A stretch of 64,000 bases of DNA from Nitrospirota bacterium (GTDB taxonomy: Bacteria; Nitrospirota; Nitrospiria; Nitrospirales; Nitrospiraceae), in contig CAVPBK010000006.1 in the NCBI GenBank assembly GCA_963701855.1, positions 288,001 to 352,000 of the forward strand, given 5' to 3'. This document shows positions 38,873-47,881 of this stretch, in pieces (within the stretch, counting starts at the first letter, position 1; the number at the start of each line of letters is the position of its first letter). Below the pieces are notes generated by a model. It was not told the DNA's origin and made no database searches. It was given only the letters and a program-made list of their open reading frames with translations. The position numbers and the translations under genes were made by a program.

Positions 38873-39787
38873 CGACGCCTGGGATTCCCTCTCCGGACAG
38901 GCCTGCCGCTCGGCATACTGCGACATGGTCATGAAACGCACCCCCTCGAAACCTGCCATGTATTTCCAGAGGCTGAGATTCCAGTCGAGTTTGGACGAGG
39001 AATCGCCGCGATACAGGTGCCGACGGAGCCGCAGCCCATGGATCTTGAGGTTGCTGCTGTAATCCTTCGCTCCCTCGATCTCCTCGGCAAATTCATAGGG
39101 ATGAAACAGGTACACGATCGGCTTTCCGGTTCGCCACGATTCCGAATATAGTGCGCGGAAGAGCAGCTTCATGAGCCGCAACCCAAAGACATACAGCGTG
39201 CTGGAGATAAATGGGATGGCCAGGGCTGACACGGGGACTTCTAGTATCGCAAGGTTGCCTCGTCCATAAGCATCGTCTGCGCTCGGGTGATACGGGTATC
39301 GGGGGGCGCGGAGCCACCCTGGATGAACAAGATTCGAGCTGATCAGGTCGAATCGCTGAGAACAGACCGTCGAATCTGCGAGGTAACCCATGCGGGATAG
39401 GATCTTCAACGTCGGGCCGGAGACCTTGACGCGGGGCCCCCGGAACGACAGGATCTCGCAGTTGCCCAGCGTGCTGAGCAGGCCCGTCGCCTTTCCCAGA
39501 TACTCTTCCTGCATGCTCAACGGCATCGAATCGTACTCCTCTTCGTTGCCGTGTGTGAGCCCATGGCAACCGATCTCGTGTCCCGCCTCCCGCAAGATGC
39601 GGGGATAGCCGGGAACCTGCTCCGCCTCCCGGGCGACGAAGAAAAACGTGATCCCTCCGGCAAGTTCCCGACCGGCCTGCAGTATCTGCTCGAAGGCCCG
39701 GCTCTTATCCTGCTCGCGGTGATGGGTAGAGTAGTCGACGTCCCCTGTCAGGAGGACTGGAACCGTTCGTGCGTTTCGGGCTTGCAT
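38858..39787 (-). CDS. Polysaccharide deacetylase (CE4-like)
   Basis: LTGDVD, TFFFV, GHEIGCHGLTH, FRGP, YLFHPYEF. Confidence 0.88.
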   Translation of the reverse strand: MQARNARTVPVLLTGDVDYSTHHREQDKSRAFEQILQAGRELAGGITFFFVAREAEQVPGYPRILREAGHEIGCHGLTHGNEEEYDSMPLSMQEEYLGKATGLLSTLGNCEILSFRGPRVKVSGPTLKILSRMGYLADSTVCSQRFDLISSNLVHPGWLRAPRYPYHPSADDAYGRGNLAILEVPVSALAIPFISSTLYVFGLRLMKLLFRALYSESWRTGKPIVYLFHPYEFAEEIEGAKDYSSNLKIHGLRLRRHLYRGDSSSKLDWNLSLWKYMAGFEGVRFMTMSQYAERQACPERESQASLAAC

Positions 39788-39808
39788 CGGTTCTCTCTCT
39801 CAAATGCC

Positions 39809-39897
39809 GTAAAAGGTAAGACCTGAAAGGTGAAAGGTAGGATTGCCCAGTGTTTTTCCTCCGAAACGTTTCACGTTTCACCTATTACGTTTCACGG
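39809..39897. repeat. 7-mer (TGAAAGG/TTTCACG) inverted tandem-repeat element
   Basis: GTAAAAGG TAAGACC TGAAAGG TGAAAGG ... GTTTCAC GTTTCAC CTATTAC GTTTCAC. Confidence 0.7.
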
Positions 39898-39910
39898 CTA
39901 CCTTAGTCCG

Positions 39911-41080
39911 CTAAAACGTATCGTGGTCGCCGAAGGCAAATCGCCAGGACCGGAGATCTTGAGGAAACCGCAACGGATCCGTTCCTCGATCCGTCCACAT
40001 TAGCAACGAATATTTTTCCGGTGACTTCAGATACGCACGGCTTCTAACCAGACGCGCGTCATCGGGCGAGAGGCCGTCGAGTAACAACACGCCCTCGCAT
40101 CCGCTCGCCAGCGCAAGACGCTCGACCCCTGCAATCGCCATCTTGGCGGCACGATTCGAATTCGGCTCATGGATGAGGTCCAAGATGACGGCTGCCCGAA
40201 TCCCTTCTGCACGCTCAACCATTCGAACGATAGCCGCTGCACGCAACCGGCTTTGATGCCGCACCGCGAGCAACCGGTAATCCGACCCCTGGCCTGCGTA
40301 GCGAGCCCGAAGCGATTCGACGCTCCAAGTCTGAGCCGTCTGTCCAGCATGGCCTTGCGCATAGAGACAGGCGAGGTCAGCCACTTCTTCGGAAACCCAC
40401 GGAATCTCGATGACCTCCCATGACGCCCCAGCGCGAGGCCCCTGAAAACGGATTCCCATACCGACCACTGCATCCGGAATGCTGCAGAGCGCCCGAAGAA
40501 ATCGCTGGCCCCCATCACGGCGGATGAACCGCTTGTACTTGGCAAATAGCAGCGCGGGTCTCAGTGGTTTAGCCAAAACGGCCATGTCGCCGATCTTTTT
40601 AAATCCGATTTTCAGATGCGCTTCCGCAATCTGCTGCCTGCGCACGGCCGCATAGAGACAGTGAATCCCTATCTCTCGGAGTCCGACGTACATCGCTGAG
40701 ATCAGCCGTGGGTAGATGAAGAAGCTTCGGTATGAAGGATCGATGAACAAGCCGGTCCAGTAGGCAATCCGGAGTTGTTCATCTCCGACACGTAGTTGCC
40801 GTTCCTGCACACTGGTCATTCCGACGGCTCGATCTCCATCAAGGGCAAGCCACAATATGCGGCCAGCCCTGTCCAGCTCCGGCCCTCTTGCGTCGGATGA
40901 CGTCGCCTCCTCGGCTTGCCGGCGCACGGCGAACAGCGCTCGCGCCGCATCTTCATCGGACCGCTCGGCTTTTCTGATCACGAGGCGATTGCGACCGGCC
41001 TGTGGGACGCCGATGTCGGCATGTTCTTGCAGTAATTCCCCGGAGACGCTACTCACGGCTTTTCGTTTCCTCACAACCAC
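39911..41080 (-). CDS. GNAT-family N-acyltransferase
   Basis: IRKAERSDE, WLALDGDRAVG, LFIDPSYR, KIGF; ends WRFAFGDHDTF. Confidence 0.8.
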   Translation of the reverse strand: MVVRKRKAVSSVSGELLQEHADIGVPQAGRNRLVIRKAERSDEDAARALFAVRRQAEEATSSDARGPELDRAGRILWLALDGDRAVGMTSVQERQLRVGDEQLRIAYWTGLFIDPSYRSFFIYPRLISAMYVGLREIGIHCLYAAVRRQQIAEAHLKIGFKKIGDMAVLAKPLRPALLFAKYKRFIRRDGGQRFLRALCSIPDAVVGMGIRFQGPRAGASWEVIEIPWVSEEVADLACLYAQGHAGQTAQTWSVESLRARYAGQGSDYRLLAVRHQSRLRAAAIVRMVERAEGIRAAVILDLIHEPNSNRAAKMAIAGVERLALASGCEGVLLLDGLSPDDARLVRSRAYLKSPEKYSLLMWTDRGTDPLRFPQDLRSWRFAFGDHDTF

Positions 41081-41132
41081 GCAGATCGAGATCTATTGGT
41101 CAGACGATCACAGAGACGCCTAACAAAGCAGA

Positions 41133-41198
41133 ATTGTACCGCCATTGCCTCATCGATCTGGCAACGGAACCGTCAAGCCTCTGTTAACAAATTGTTAA
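41133..41198 (-). promoter_or_regulatory. 11-bp-periodic box and -10 heading the GNAT-deacetylase-ACP-ligase-fabG operon
   Basis: Minus strand TTAACA, TTAACA, TTGACG, GTTGCC; TACAAT 60 bp after the first unit. Confidence 0.65.
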
Positions 41199-41235
41199 AA
41201 CCGAAGGGGCGCAGGGGGGATGGCTTGGACAAGCC

Positions 41236-41361
41236 TGGTATTTCTGGTTCATCTGGTCTGTTTGGTCTATCTGGTTGGTCAGGTTCAACCCAACAATCAG
41301 GACAGACTATACTGACGAGACAGACCAGATAAACCGAATAGACCAGACCGACTAGGCCAGA
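41236..41361. repeat. 9-mer inverted tandem-repeat element
   Basis: TCTGGTTCA TCTGGTCTG TTTGGTCTA TCTGGTTGG / CAGACCAGA TAAACCGAA TAGACCAGA; a partial copy follows at 41577-41627. Confidence 0.8.
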
Positions 41362-41514
41362 GATTAAGGGCGGGACATGAACCGGGAGTCTATTATCGCT
41401 TCCCGTTCGGTTGGTAGTCGAGGCATTATGATCAACTTCTTAGTTTTCACGGCGTGCACTCCTCTTAATCGCGACGCGTCACTGGATGTCCTATGTACCA
41501 TATGCGAGGCCGTA

Positions 41515-41540
41515 ATATATATATATATATATATATATAT
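41515..41540. repeat. (AT)13 microsatellite
   Basis: 26 bp of perfect AT dinucleotide repeat. Confidence 0.9.
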
Positions 41541-41786
41541 GGTGAATCGACTCAAATCAAAATGTTGGAATCCTACTGTTTGGGTGAACGAATCACACGA
41601 GATAGACTAAACAGGCCAGTCAGACAGGCTTGTCCTCTACATGCGGACCATCGACGCTCTGCAGTGCCGATATAGTTGTTCCTCAACCTCCTAGCCCGCA
41701 TCTATGCGCTAGCTGGAAGGCGACCCTGCGCACTCGTACGCAGGGTGCAGCCCACCGCTGAATAACATGAACCTGTTGCCATTCCG

Positions 41787-42425
41787 CTAGGCCGTGGCCA
41801 GTGTCTGCCCGCGCCGTTTCAACCAGGACCAGGAGCCCAGCACGACCAAACCGGTCCCGAAGAGGAACACACTGGCGGCAATGGGCACCGCGGCGGGAGT
41901 CCCGCCCACCACTAGCCCTTGAAGAAAGACGGTGCCGAGGTGGTCTCGCATGTGGCCGTGCTTCTCTCCGTTGATCAGATGATCCCACGACAGTTGGAAC
42001 TCGGAGGTCTGCGGATTGTACAAGCCTTTGGCCGTACCGCCGATATTCCACATGTGGATTTCGTCACCGCGCTGCCAGCCGAGGAAGAGCGACGAGAGAT
42101 CCATCGTGATCGACATGCCGTCGATCGTCGCCGACGGAGCCGGCGCACCCAGGAAGTTGCTGGTAAAGAGACTGTAGGTTTTGTGTCCCCTGCTAATCGG
42201 ATCAACGATGTCCGACCACGACTGATATTGCCCCATCTTCAGGGTCCCGTCTTGCTCCAGCAGGCGATCGAGTATCCGGCCCTCTTTCCCGCCCCAGTTC
42301 GCAGCGCCGCTCGTAAACTCCACTTGCGTTACGAGCGCGGCGTCGGCGGATTCCCAGACCCCGCTCATCGTCAACAGCCCCGCCATCAAGAAACTCATCG
42401 CAAACATGTATACTCCGGTCTTCAT
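41787..42425 (-). CDS. VPLPA/PEP-CTERM-like sorting-signal surface protein
   Basis: Signal peptide (ADA); C-terminus AVPIAASVFLFGTGLVVLGSWSWLKRR. Confidence 0.8.
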   Translation of the reverse strand: MKTGVYMFAMSFLMAGLLTMSGVWESADAALVTQVEFTSGAANWGGKEGRILDRLLEQDGTLKMGQYQSWSDIVDPISRGHKTYSLFTSNFLGAPAPSATIDGMSITMDLSSLFLGWQRGDEIHMWNIGGTAKGLYNPQTSEFQLSWDHLINGEKHGHMRDHLGTVFLQGLVVGGTPAAVPIAASVFLFGTGLVVLGSWSWLKRRGQTLATA

Positions 42426-42502
42426 CACGCCATCCTTTCTGTGGGCACTCGCGCGCAGAGCGCGGCCCATCGGTGAATAAAATAAAACTGCACTCAACTA
42501 GC

Positions 42503-42900
42503 CCTAGCCAGTATCTGCCCGGGCCGTTTCAACCAGGACCAGGAACCCAGAACGATCAACCCGTTTCCAAAGAGGAGCTCGCCCGGCGGCAAGGGGCACC
42601 GCGACAGTTTCTCCAATTTGGGGCCAAATGATGCTGGAGCTTTGGCTGAATGGAAGCTGACCCAAACTGCTCACTTTGAAAAAAATGATGAGGCAGGCGA
42701 TATGACGCGTCCCCTGCGAGAAGATAAGCAGGAATAAGGGAAAGGGTCGTGCGGGACGATGATAACCGGCCCCGGAAATCCACTTCGCCTCCTGTGAACT
42801 CTAATTGCAGTACATTGGACGGCGTGACGAGCACTGTATAAGCGGGCATCTGCCAGAAGAGGTCGAGCAGCGCGAGCATGAACAAGGCAACTTGTCGCAT
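42503..42900 (-). pseudogene. Decayed paralog of the 41787-42425 surface protein
   Basis: 3' end reads AVPLAAG/ELLFGNGLIVLGSWSWLKRPGQILA* across a frameshift; N-part VLQLEFTGGEVDFRG resembles VTQVEFTSGAANWGG. Confidence 0.7.
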
Positions 42901-43415
42901 TGCTTTCATATACTTGTTCCGTTCTGTAACGGAGAGAAGAGAATTGTAATCCCCGCAAAATATTGATACAAGCCGTGCATAACAAATGTGTAACAATCAC
43001 GTTTGCTATTTATTAAATTTTCATCAAGATTTTTCTCCATTCATGGCGAACACCATCAAGCCCCCTCTCGCCCTGATTCATCCAGAAAGTGGAGCACCCT
43101 ATCCCTGGGTGGTGTGTCCGAGATACTTACCAGGTATTGGGGGTAGAGAGTGCGTGAGGCGTGAAACGTTGTTCGTTAATCGTGAGCGAGACAAGCAAGA
43201 CCTCAGCGACGGGTGAGACGGACGACGTTGCGAGGTCCAAAGATCGAGGTTTTTGGAACTTCGAACTTCAATTTGTGTTTTTCTTGCACGTCTCGCGCTT
43301 CACGCGCCACGGCCTGTAGCGCTGGCGGACTTATTCAGTACCCTGCTAGAGCGGGTAGCACTGAGAAGCGGGGCGGGAGCAGGAACGGCTCGCATGTCTG
43401 AAGTCAAAATAAAGA

Positions 43416-43454
43416 CGCCTTATCTGATGCAGGATCGCTGCATTAGATAAGGCG
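43416..43454 (-). terminator. Rho-independent terminator after the VPLPA gene cluster
   Basis: 17-bp stem CGCCTTATCTGATGCAG / CTGCATTAGATAAGGCG, followed on the minus strand by TCTTTATTTT. Confidence 0.75.
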
Positions 43455-43483
43455 GAAAGGCCGATCAAGCCTTGAAGCAGAAC

Positions 43484-44185
43484 TTAGGCGAGGCTGAGTT
43501 TCTTCCGCAAGGCCCCGGAGAGGCCGAGGAGCCCGCTACCGAATAGCAACGCGGCTGCCGGCAAGGGCACCACCGCATTCACGACGTTACCGCTAAATAC
43601 ACTGGTGCTGGTAAACGGACTGCCCGCTCCGTTATCCGGTGCCGCGAAGAGGAGCGTAAGGGCGCCTTGAAACGACGTCCCCGGCGTCAGTCCGTAATAC
43701 GACAGAAGATCAGCGTTTTTTGTATCGTTGAATGATCCGAAAGTCACTTTGAACTGGGTTCCCAAATCCTGCACGAAGGCGTTGTTGAAATTGCCCGTCA
43801 GGAGTGTGGAGCCCAAGGGAATATCGGTGCCGCCCTGCAGTTGGACGCCACCGGTAATGGTGATGGCTCCACCTGATCCGAATGCCCACCACCCACCGTT
43901 CTGAGGGCCCGATCCAGTCAAGGTCCCCGAGTTGAAGTTCAGCGCACAGCTTATACAGAGCGCGCCCGCACCACCCGCATTGGCCGGCGTGGACAGGCCG
44001 ACCACATTATCCACTTCTATGTTGCTCCCGATCAACGCACCACCACTGCCGCCATAGGAGATCGTGCCGGAGGTGGGCGCGCTGATATTGAAAACGAGTT
44101 CGACCGCCATCGCAGCCGGGGCAACGAGAAGTCCCGTTACCCACAAGCCCACGGCCATGACTGCCACTACGATTCTTGTTTTCAT
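43484..44185 (-). CDS. VPLPA-CTERM surface protein
   Basis: Signal peptide (AMA); Gly/Ser/Thr-rich; VVPLPAAALLFGSGLLGLSGALRKK. Confidence 0.9.
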   Translation of the reverse strand: MKTRIVVAVMAVGLWVTGLLVAPAAMAVELVFNISAPTSGTISYGGSGGALIGSNIEVDNVVGLSTPANAGGAGALCISCALNFNSGTLTGSGPQNGGWWAFGSGGAITITGGVQLQGGTDIPLGSTLLTGNFNNAFVQDLGTQFKVTFGSFNDTKNADLLSYYGLTPGTSFQGALTLLFAAPDNGAGSPFTSTSVFSGNVVNAVVPLPAAALLFGSGLLGLSGALRKKLSLA

Positions 44186-44282
44186 ACTAATGTCCTTGGT
44201 CTGAAGAGTCTGCTACTACTCTCCGTAAAGGCTCAATCCACTCTTCTTCATTCTGAAATAATAGAATCTCTCGCTTCCTTGT

Positions 44283-44311
44283 GGCGCCGGAAGGGATTCC
44301 CTTCCGGCGCC
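44283..44311. terminator. Perfect intergenic hairpin (terminator or mRNA-stabilising stem)
   Basis: GGCGCCGGAAGGG-ATT-CCCTTCCGGCGCC. Confidence 0.6.
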
Positions 44312-44322
44312 CCTGTCTTGAC

Positions 44323-45609
44323 TTAGTGCGAGGAGGCTCCACTCTTGCAAACTGCGCTGATATTGGCCCCATTGTTGCTCGGGGTAAACCAGTTCAACGG
44401 TCCACGATCGTCGTTCTTGGCGACGAAGGTGTCGTTCTCCGACAACCAGTAATCCGGCAGGGGGTTCTCGTTACTCATATTCGTCTGTAAGGCAGCGATC
44501 AAGTTGTCCGTCCCGGCAGGCGCGAGGATGGGCGCCGCTTCTACCCCGGCATTGCGGGTGACGAAGTTCCAATCCGCCCAATAGATGTAGCGCCCGCAGC
44601 GAAGGTCGGTCAAACGACCCACTCCGGTCCCGATCCCGTTGCCCGGCCCCAGGTTGATCTCATGCCCGTTGATGGAGACTTGATAGGCGCCGCTGGGAAA
44701 GGTCACCGCAGTCACCGAATCGCTGTCGATGTAGCCGATCGAGTTCAGATGGGTATCAATACACGTCGCCATCCCGCTGGAGCTCCCGGCGTTGATGATC
44801 GTTGCAGACGCCGCGTTGGGAAAACTTCCACCCCAGAACTTCGGGTGCATGATGGTTTCATCCAAGGTGGCCAACGTGCCGGACCCGACGCTCCTGTGGC
44901 AGCTCACGATCGCCGCCGATCCCGCGCTCACGCTGTATCCCAGATCCGTCCAATTCGCCACGTTTCCGGACAGAATCTGCCGGATTTCCCAATCGGATAA
45001 CGTCTTCAAAGTGGCGCCATTGCCGTCCCGCACATTGGCACCCACGACAATCGCAAACGGCACAATGACCGTCGGTGTTGCCGTCAGATGACCGGAGGCC
45101 GGTGGCGTTATCGGAACATTGAATATCTTCTGGTGCAGAGAGGTGGCTTTCACGTCAGCCCCGCCCCAATGTACCGTCAGGCTTTGGGTCGGCGTGGCTG
45201 CGGGACAGGTCGAGACCTTGACGGTGACACCCGTGCCCTTGAAGTTCGGCGTGCTAGTGCCCGCCGGGCACGTTGCGGTGTTGAGATAGACCGCCGTCCC
45301 GATTGCGCCATTCGGCTGCGTGAGGTAGCCGTCCGCCGAGGCGGTCGCGCTATAACGGATAATGACCGGGGCTGTCGAAATGTTGCATTGCCATTCGGTC
45401 TTGTTGGGTGGAACTTCGGTACTTTGGAAATACAGGGGCGCGGGAGATGGATCGCAGAGAAGAGCCGGCGACAATCCGGCAAACTGCCGCCCAGCTGACG
45501 AGCCGGCTCCGTTGGCGACGAGGGTCGTCACAGCCTGAGCGCTTTCGGCCGCCAACGCCAGACCGGCCGCACCCACGAGGGCGACGGTCAATTTCGACAT
45601 GGTATGCAT
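44323..45609 (-). CDS. Secreted PstS/PBP-fold (DING-like) putative phosphate-binding protein
   Basis: Signal peptide (AQA); motifs GAGSSA, VPFAIVV, LSDWEIRQILSGNVANWTDL, HRSVGSGT, SSSGM, SIGYID; several Cys; no C-terminal anchor. Confidence 0.75.
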   Translation of the reverse strand: MHTMSKLTVALVGAAGLALAAESAQAVTTLVANGAGSSAGRQFAGLSPALLCDPSPAPLYFQSTEVPPNKTEWQCNISTAPVIIRYSATASADGYLTQPNGAIGTAVYLNTATCPAGTSTPNFKGTGVTVKVSTCPAATPTQSLTVHWGGADVKATSLHQKIFNVPITPPASGHLTATPTVIVPFAIVVGANVRDGNGATLKTLSDWEIRQILSGNVANWTDLGYSVSAGSAAIVSCHRSVGSGTLATLDETIMHPKFWGGSFPNAASATIINAGSSSGMATCIDTHLNSIGYIDSDSVTAVTFPSGAYQVSINGHEINLGPGNGIGTGVGRLTDLRCGRYIYWADWNFVTRNAGVEAAPILAPAGTDNLIAALQTNMSNENPLPDYWLSENDTFVAKNDDRGPLNWFTPSNNGANISAVCKSGASSH

Positions 45610-45671
45610 AATATGGTCTCCTTCGAAGTGATAAATAATCGCACCTGTCTCATTGATTTCGATAATACGAA

Positions 45672-46424
45672 CTATGCCGCCTCAGGCCGTGCACCCGACA
45701 TCTTGCGACGGGCCAAGCCCACGAGTCCGATCACACCTGTCGCAAAGAGCACCACTGCGGCCGGAACCGGCACCGCGCTGACCACGAAGTGCCCGGTCTG
45801 CGAGCTCAGGGACGCTGTCCCAAGCTGGGCCAGCGTGCCACTGGCTCCGCCGACTTGGCGCCCCAGTAGATAGAGCGTGCTGTCGATGGTCGAAAACGCC
45901 GGCCTTGAGCTTGGCACTCCGCCACCGAGGCTACCAGAGCTAGCCGGATCCATATTCGTGGAGAAGGAATTGGCATCTGTTGCAGCAAGCAACTGCGAGC
46001 TACTAAGCCCTGCTGTTAACGTAAGCCAACCCGAGAGGCCGGTCTGGATAGTGCCTGCACTTACCCCGGTTTTGTTACCGCTAGTCCACGAAGACAGTTT
46101 GGTCCCGTCGCCAAAGAAGATCGAGTCGGTTGTCGTCTCCCCGGTATACCCCACGAGCGTATACTTGAGCGGGGTGCTGGTCGGTCCCGCACCACCCGGG
46201 CTGTTCGTGTTGATAATGGAGCTCAGATTGAGATCGACTCCGGTTGACAACAACGTGTTCATGTTGCCCAGGTCCTGATAGTACTCCGTGTTGTTGCCGT
46301 AGAGCACGAGCACGGCATCGCCAACGTTGAACAGCGCGGCGTGCGCCGCTGTCACAGGACCGGCGAGCGCCGCCGCTGCCACCGCCGCGATTGACAAACG
46401 TTTACCGATTGATAGACACTTCAT
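45672..46424 (-). CDS. VPLPA/PEP-CTERM surface protein
   Basis: AGGAGG RBS; signal peptide (AHA); Ser/Thr/Gly-rich; AVPVPAAVVLFATGVIGLVGLARRK. Confidence 0.9.
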   Translation of the reverse strand: MKCLSIGKRLSIAAVAAAALAGPVTAAHAALFNVGDAVLVLYGNNTEYYQDLGNMNTLLSTGVDLNLSSIINTNSPGGAGPTSTPLKYTLVGYTGETTTDSIFFGDGTKLSSWTSGNKTGVSAGTIQTGLSGWLTLTAGLSSSQLLAATDANSFSTNMDPASSGSLGGGVPSSRPAFSTIDSTLYLLGRQVGGASGTLAQLGTASLSSQTGHFVVSAVPVPAAVVLFATGVIGLVGLARRKMSGARPEAA

Positions 46425-46669
46425 GGCTAGCTCCTCCTGTTAAAAAATCCTGCTTCTCCCCGCCTGTCATTTCCTATTTACTACTGCCGCTCCCTAATCA
46501 CCTCCTCCTCGTTTTCTGCAGCCTGTTGAAAACATGAATCGGCGATTCTCACCGCCTTTTGTATGACAGTCCCCTGTTACAGTCTCCTCAACGGTCAGTT
46601 GGGAAGCGGTAAATCTTGAACGGTCAGTCCGACTGGTACAGAAGAGAGGCCCTAGGCCTCACGGGTTCT

Positions 46670-46734
46670 GTTCTAAAGCACATCGGTTACAGAAATGTTT
46701 GGGTTGTCTTACTTGAACGGAAACTGTGCGTTAA
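46670..46734 (-). promoter_or_regulatory. 11-bp-periodic box upstream of the VPLPA / PstS-like cluster
   Basis: Minus strand TTAACG, TTTCCG, GTAAGA, CAAACA, GTAACC; TAGAAC 15 bp after the last unit. Confidence 0.5.
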
Positions 46735-46767
46735 GAAGTGATGCCCCCTGCACGTCTGAGACAAGCC

Positions 46768-46853
46768 TGATCTGTCTGTCTATCTGGTTGATTTGGTTCA
46801 TCTGATCTCTCTGGTTCAACCAAATAACAAGACAAGCCAAACAAACCAAAGAA
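46768..46853. repeat. 9-mer inverted tandem-repeat element
   Basis: TCTGTCTA TCTGGTTGA TTTGGTTCA TCTGATCTC TCTGGTT / CAACCAAAT AACAAGAC AAGCCAAAC AAACCAAAG. Confidence 0.8.
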
Positions 46854-46861
46854 CGGTCTTC

Positions 46862-47500
46862 TTAGGTCGGAGGGAAGAACTTGACGGTTACGGTCCGGTC
46901 CATCCCTTCGGGGGGAGGCCGGACTTGGGCGAGCTTCGACAAGGCATCGAGCGCGGATTGGTCGAAGAGCAGACTTCCTGACGAATTGAGCAGACGGTAC
47001 TGCAATACGCGCCCTTGCTCGTCGAGCACCAGTTCGCACATCACCGCATATTCAAGATCGTCCGGCAGCGACGGCGGCTGCTGATACTTCGCCTGAATCG
47101 ACGCCGTGAGGATATCCTGGTACCCGGCGAATCGGCTCCGCGCCTTGCCGAAGGCAAATGGATTGGCATCGACCCCCGGGGGGCCAGGCGCATCCGACGC
47201 CTTCTGTGGTGGCGGCGCTTCGGCTTGTGGGGGCGGAGGGGGTGGCGCTTCCTGAGGTTTTGGCTCCGGTTTCGGCGGTTCCGGTTCGGGCTCCGGTTCC
47301 GGCTCTTTCTCAGGTGGAGGGGGAGGCTCTTCTTTCTTGAACGCGTTAAGCTTGTAAACTTTGATGAGGTTCTGCCCCCAATCGGTTTGCGACACCCAAT
47401 AGAGACCGGCACCGATCCCAAGATGGATCAACCCGACGATCAACAGTGTCGTGCCGAGCTTGCTCTTCTTTTCTTCAAAACCCTTGTAGCCGCCCATCAC
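46862..47500 (-). CDS. tonB: TonB/TolA-family energy transducer
   Basis: N-terminal TM with His, EP/KP-rich linker, C-terminal LDEQGRV..SSGSLLFDQSAL. Confidence 0.85.
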   Translation of the reverse strand: MMGGYKGFEEKKSKLGTTLLIVGLIHLGIGAGLYWVSQTDWGQNLIKVYKLNAFKKEEPPPPPEKEPEPEPEPEPPKPEPKPQEAPPPPPPQAEAPPPQKASDAPGPPGVDANPFAFGKARSRFAGYQDILTASIQAKYQQPPSLPDDLEYAVMCELVLDEQGRVLQYRLLNSSGSLLFDQSALDALSKLAQVRPPPEGMDRTVTVKFFPPT

Positions 47501-47506
47501 GCCAAC

Positions 47507-47685
47507 TCGTCAGACGTTAAACGTGAAACGTGAATCGTACGGGGTGACGGGTACGTGGTGAGTGGTGAGTGAAGAGCCCATATGGGAAGAGGGCCACATG
47601 AATTGTCGAATCCCAAGATGCCAGAACATAACCATGCGCCCTGTGCCTTTTCCACTTCCCACTTACGTCTCACGCTTCACGAACC
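47507..47685. repeat. 7-mer (CGTGAAA/CTTCACG) inverted tandem-repeat element
   Basis: CGTCAGA CGTTAAA CGTGAAA CGTGAAT ... CTTACG TCTCACG CTTCACG. Confidence 0.65.
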
Positions 47686-47688
47686 ACA

Positions 47689-47881
47689 AGCAGAATGCCT
47701 ACAACGTTCGCCAACAAGGCCCTTCCAATTCTCTCTACCTCTTCTTTAGGGGAGTGGCCAAAGCTGCCCTTTACTGCGCGCATCGAACGAGCACCGTCTT
47801 ATCGTGCGCGTTCTGCGAGCGAGAAGGGCACCTGGCCACCCTCCCCCTCTCTGCTGGTGGGCTTTTTCAGCATCCTGTTAG
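47689..47881. mobile_element. MITE-like element ending CTTTTTCAGCATCCTGTTAG at the exbD stop codon
   Basis: Imperfect termini AGCAGAATGC / GCATCCTGTT; internal hairpins; end similar to 43325-43349. Confidence 0.55.

Noticed and set aside
42960..43000. Possible sigma-54 promoter or 11-bp box (ATAACA/GTAACA) upstream of the decayed surface-protein gene
   Set aside because: The -24/-12 match is poor (TGCACGGCTTGTA), and the two repeats point away from the minus-strand gene.
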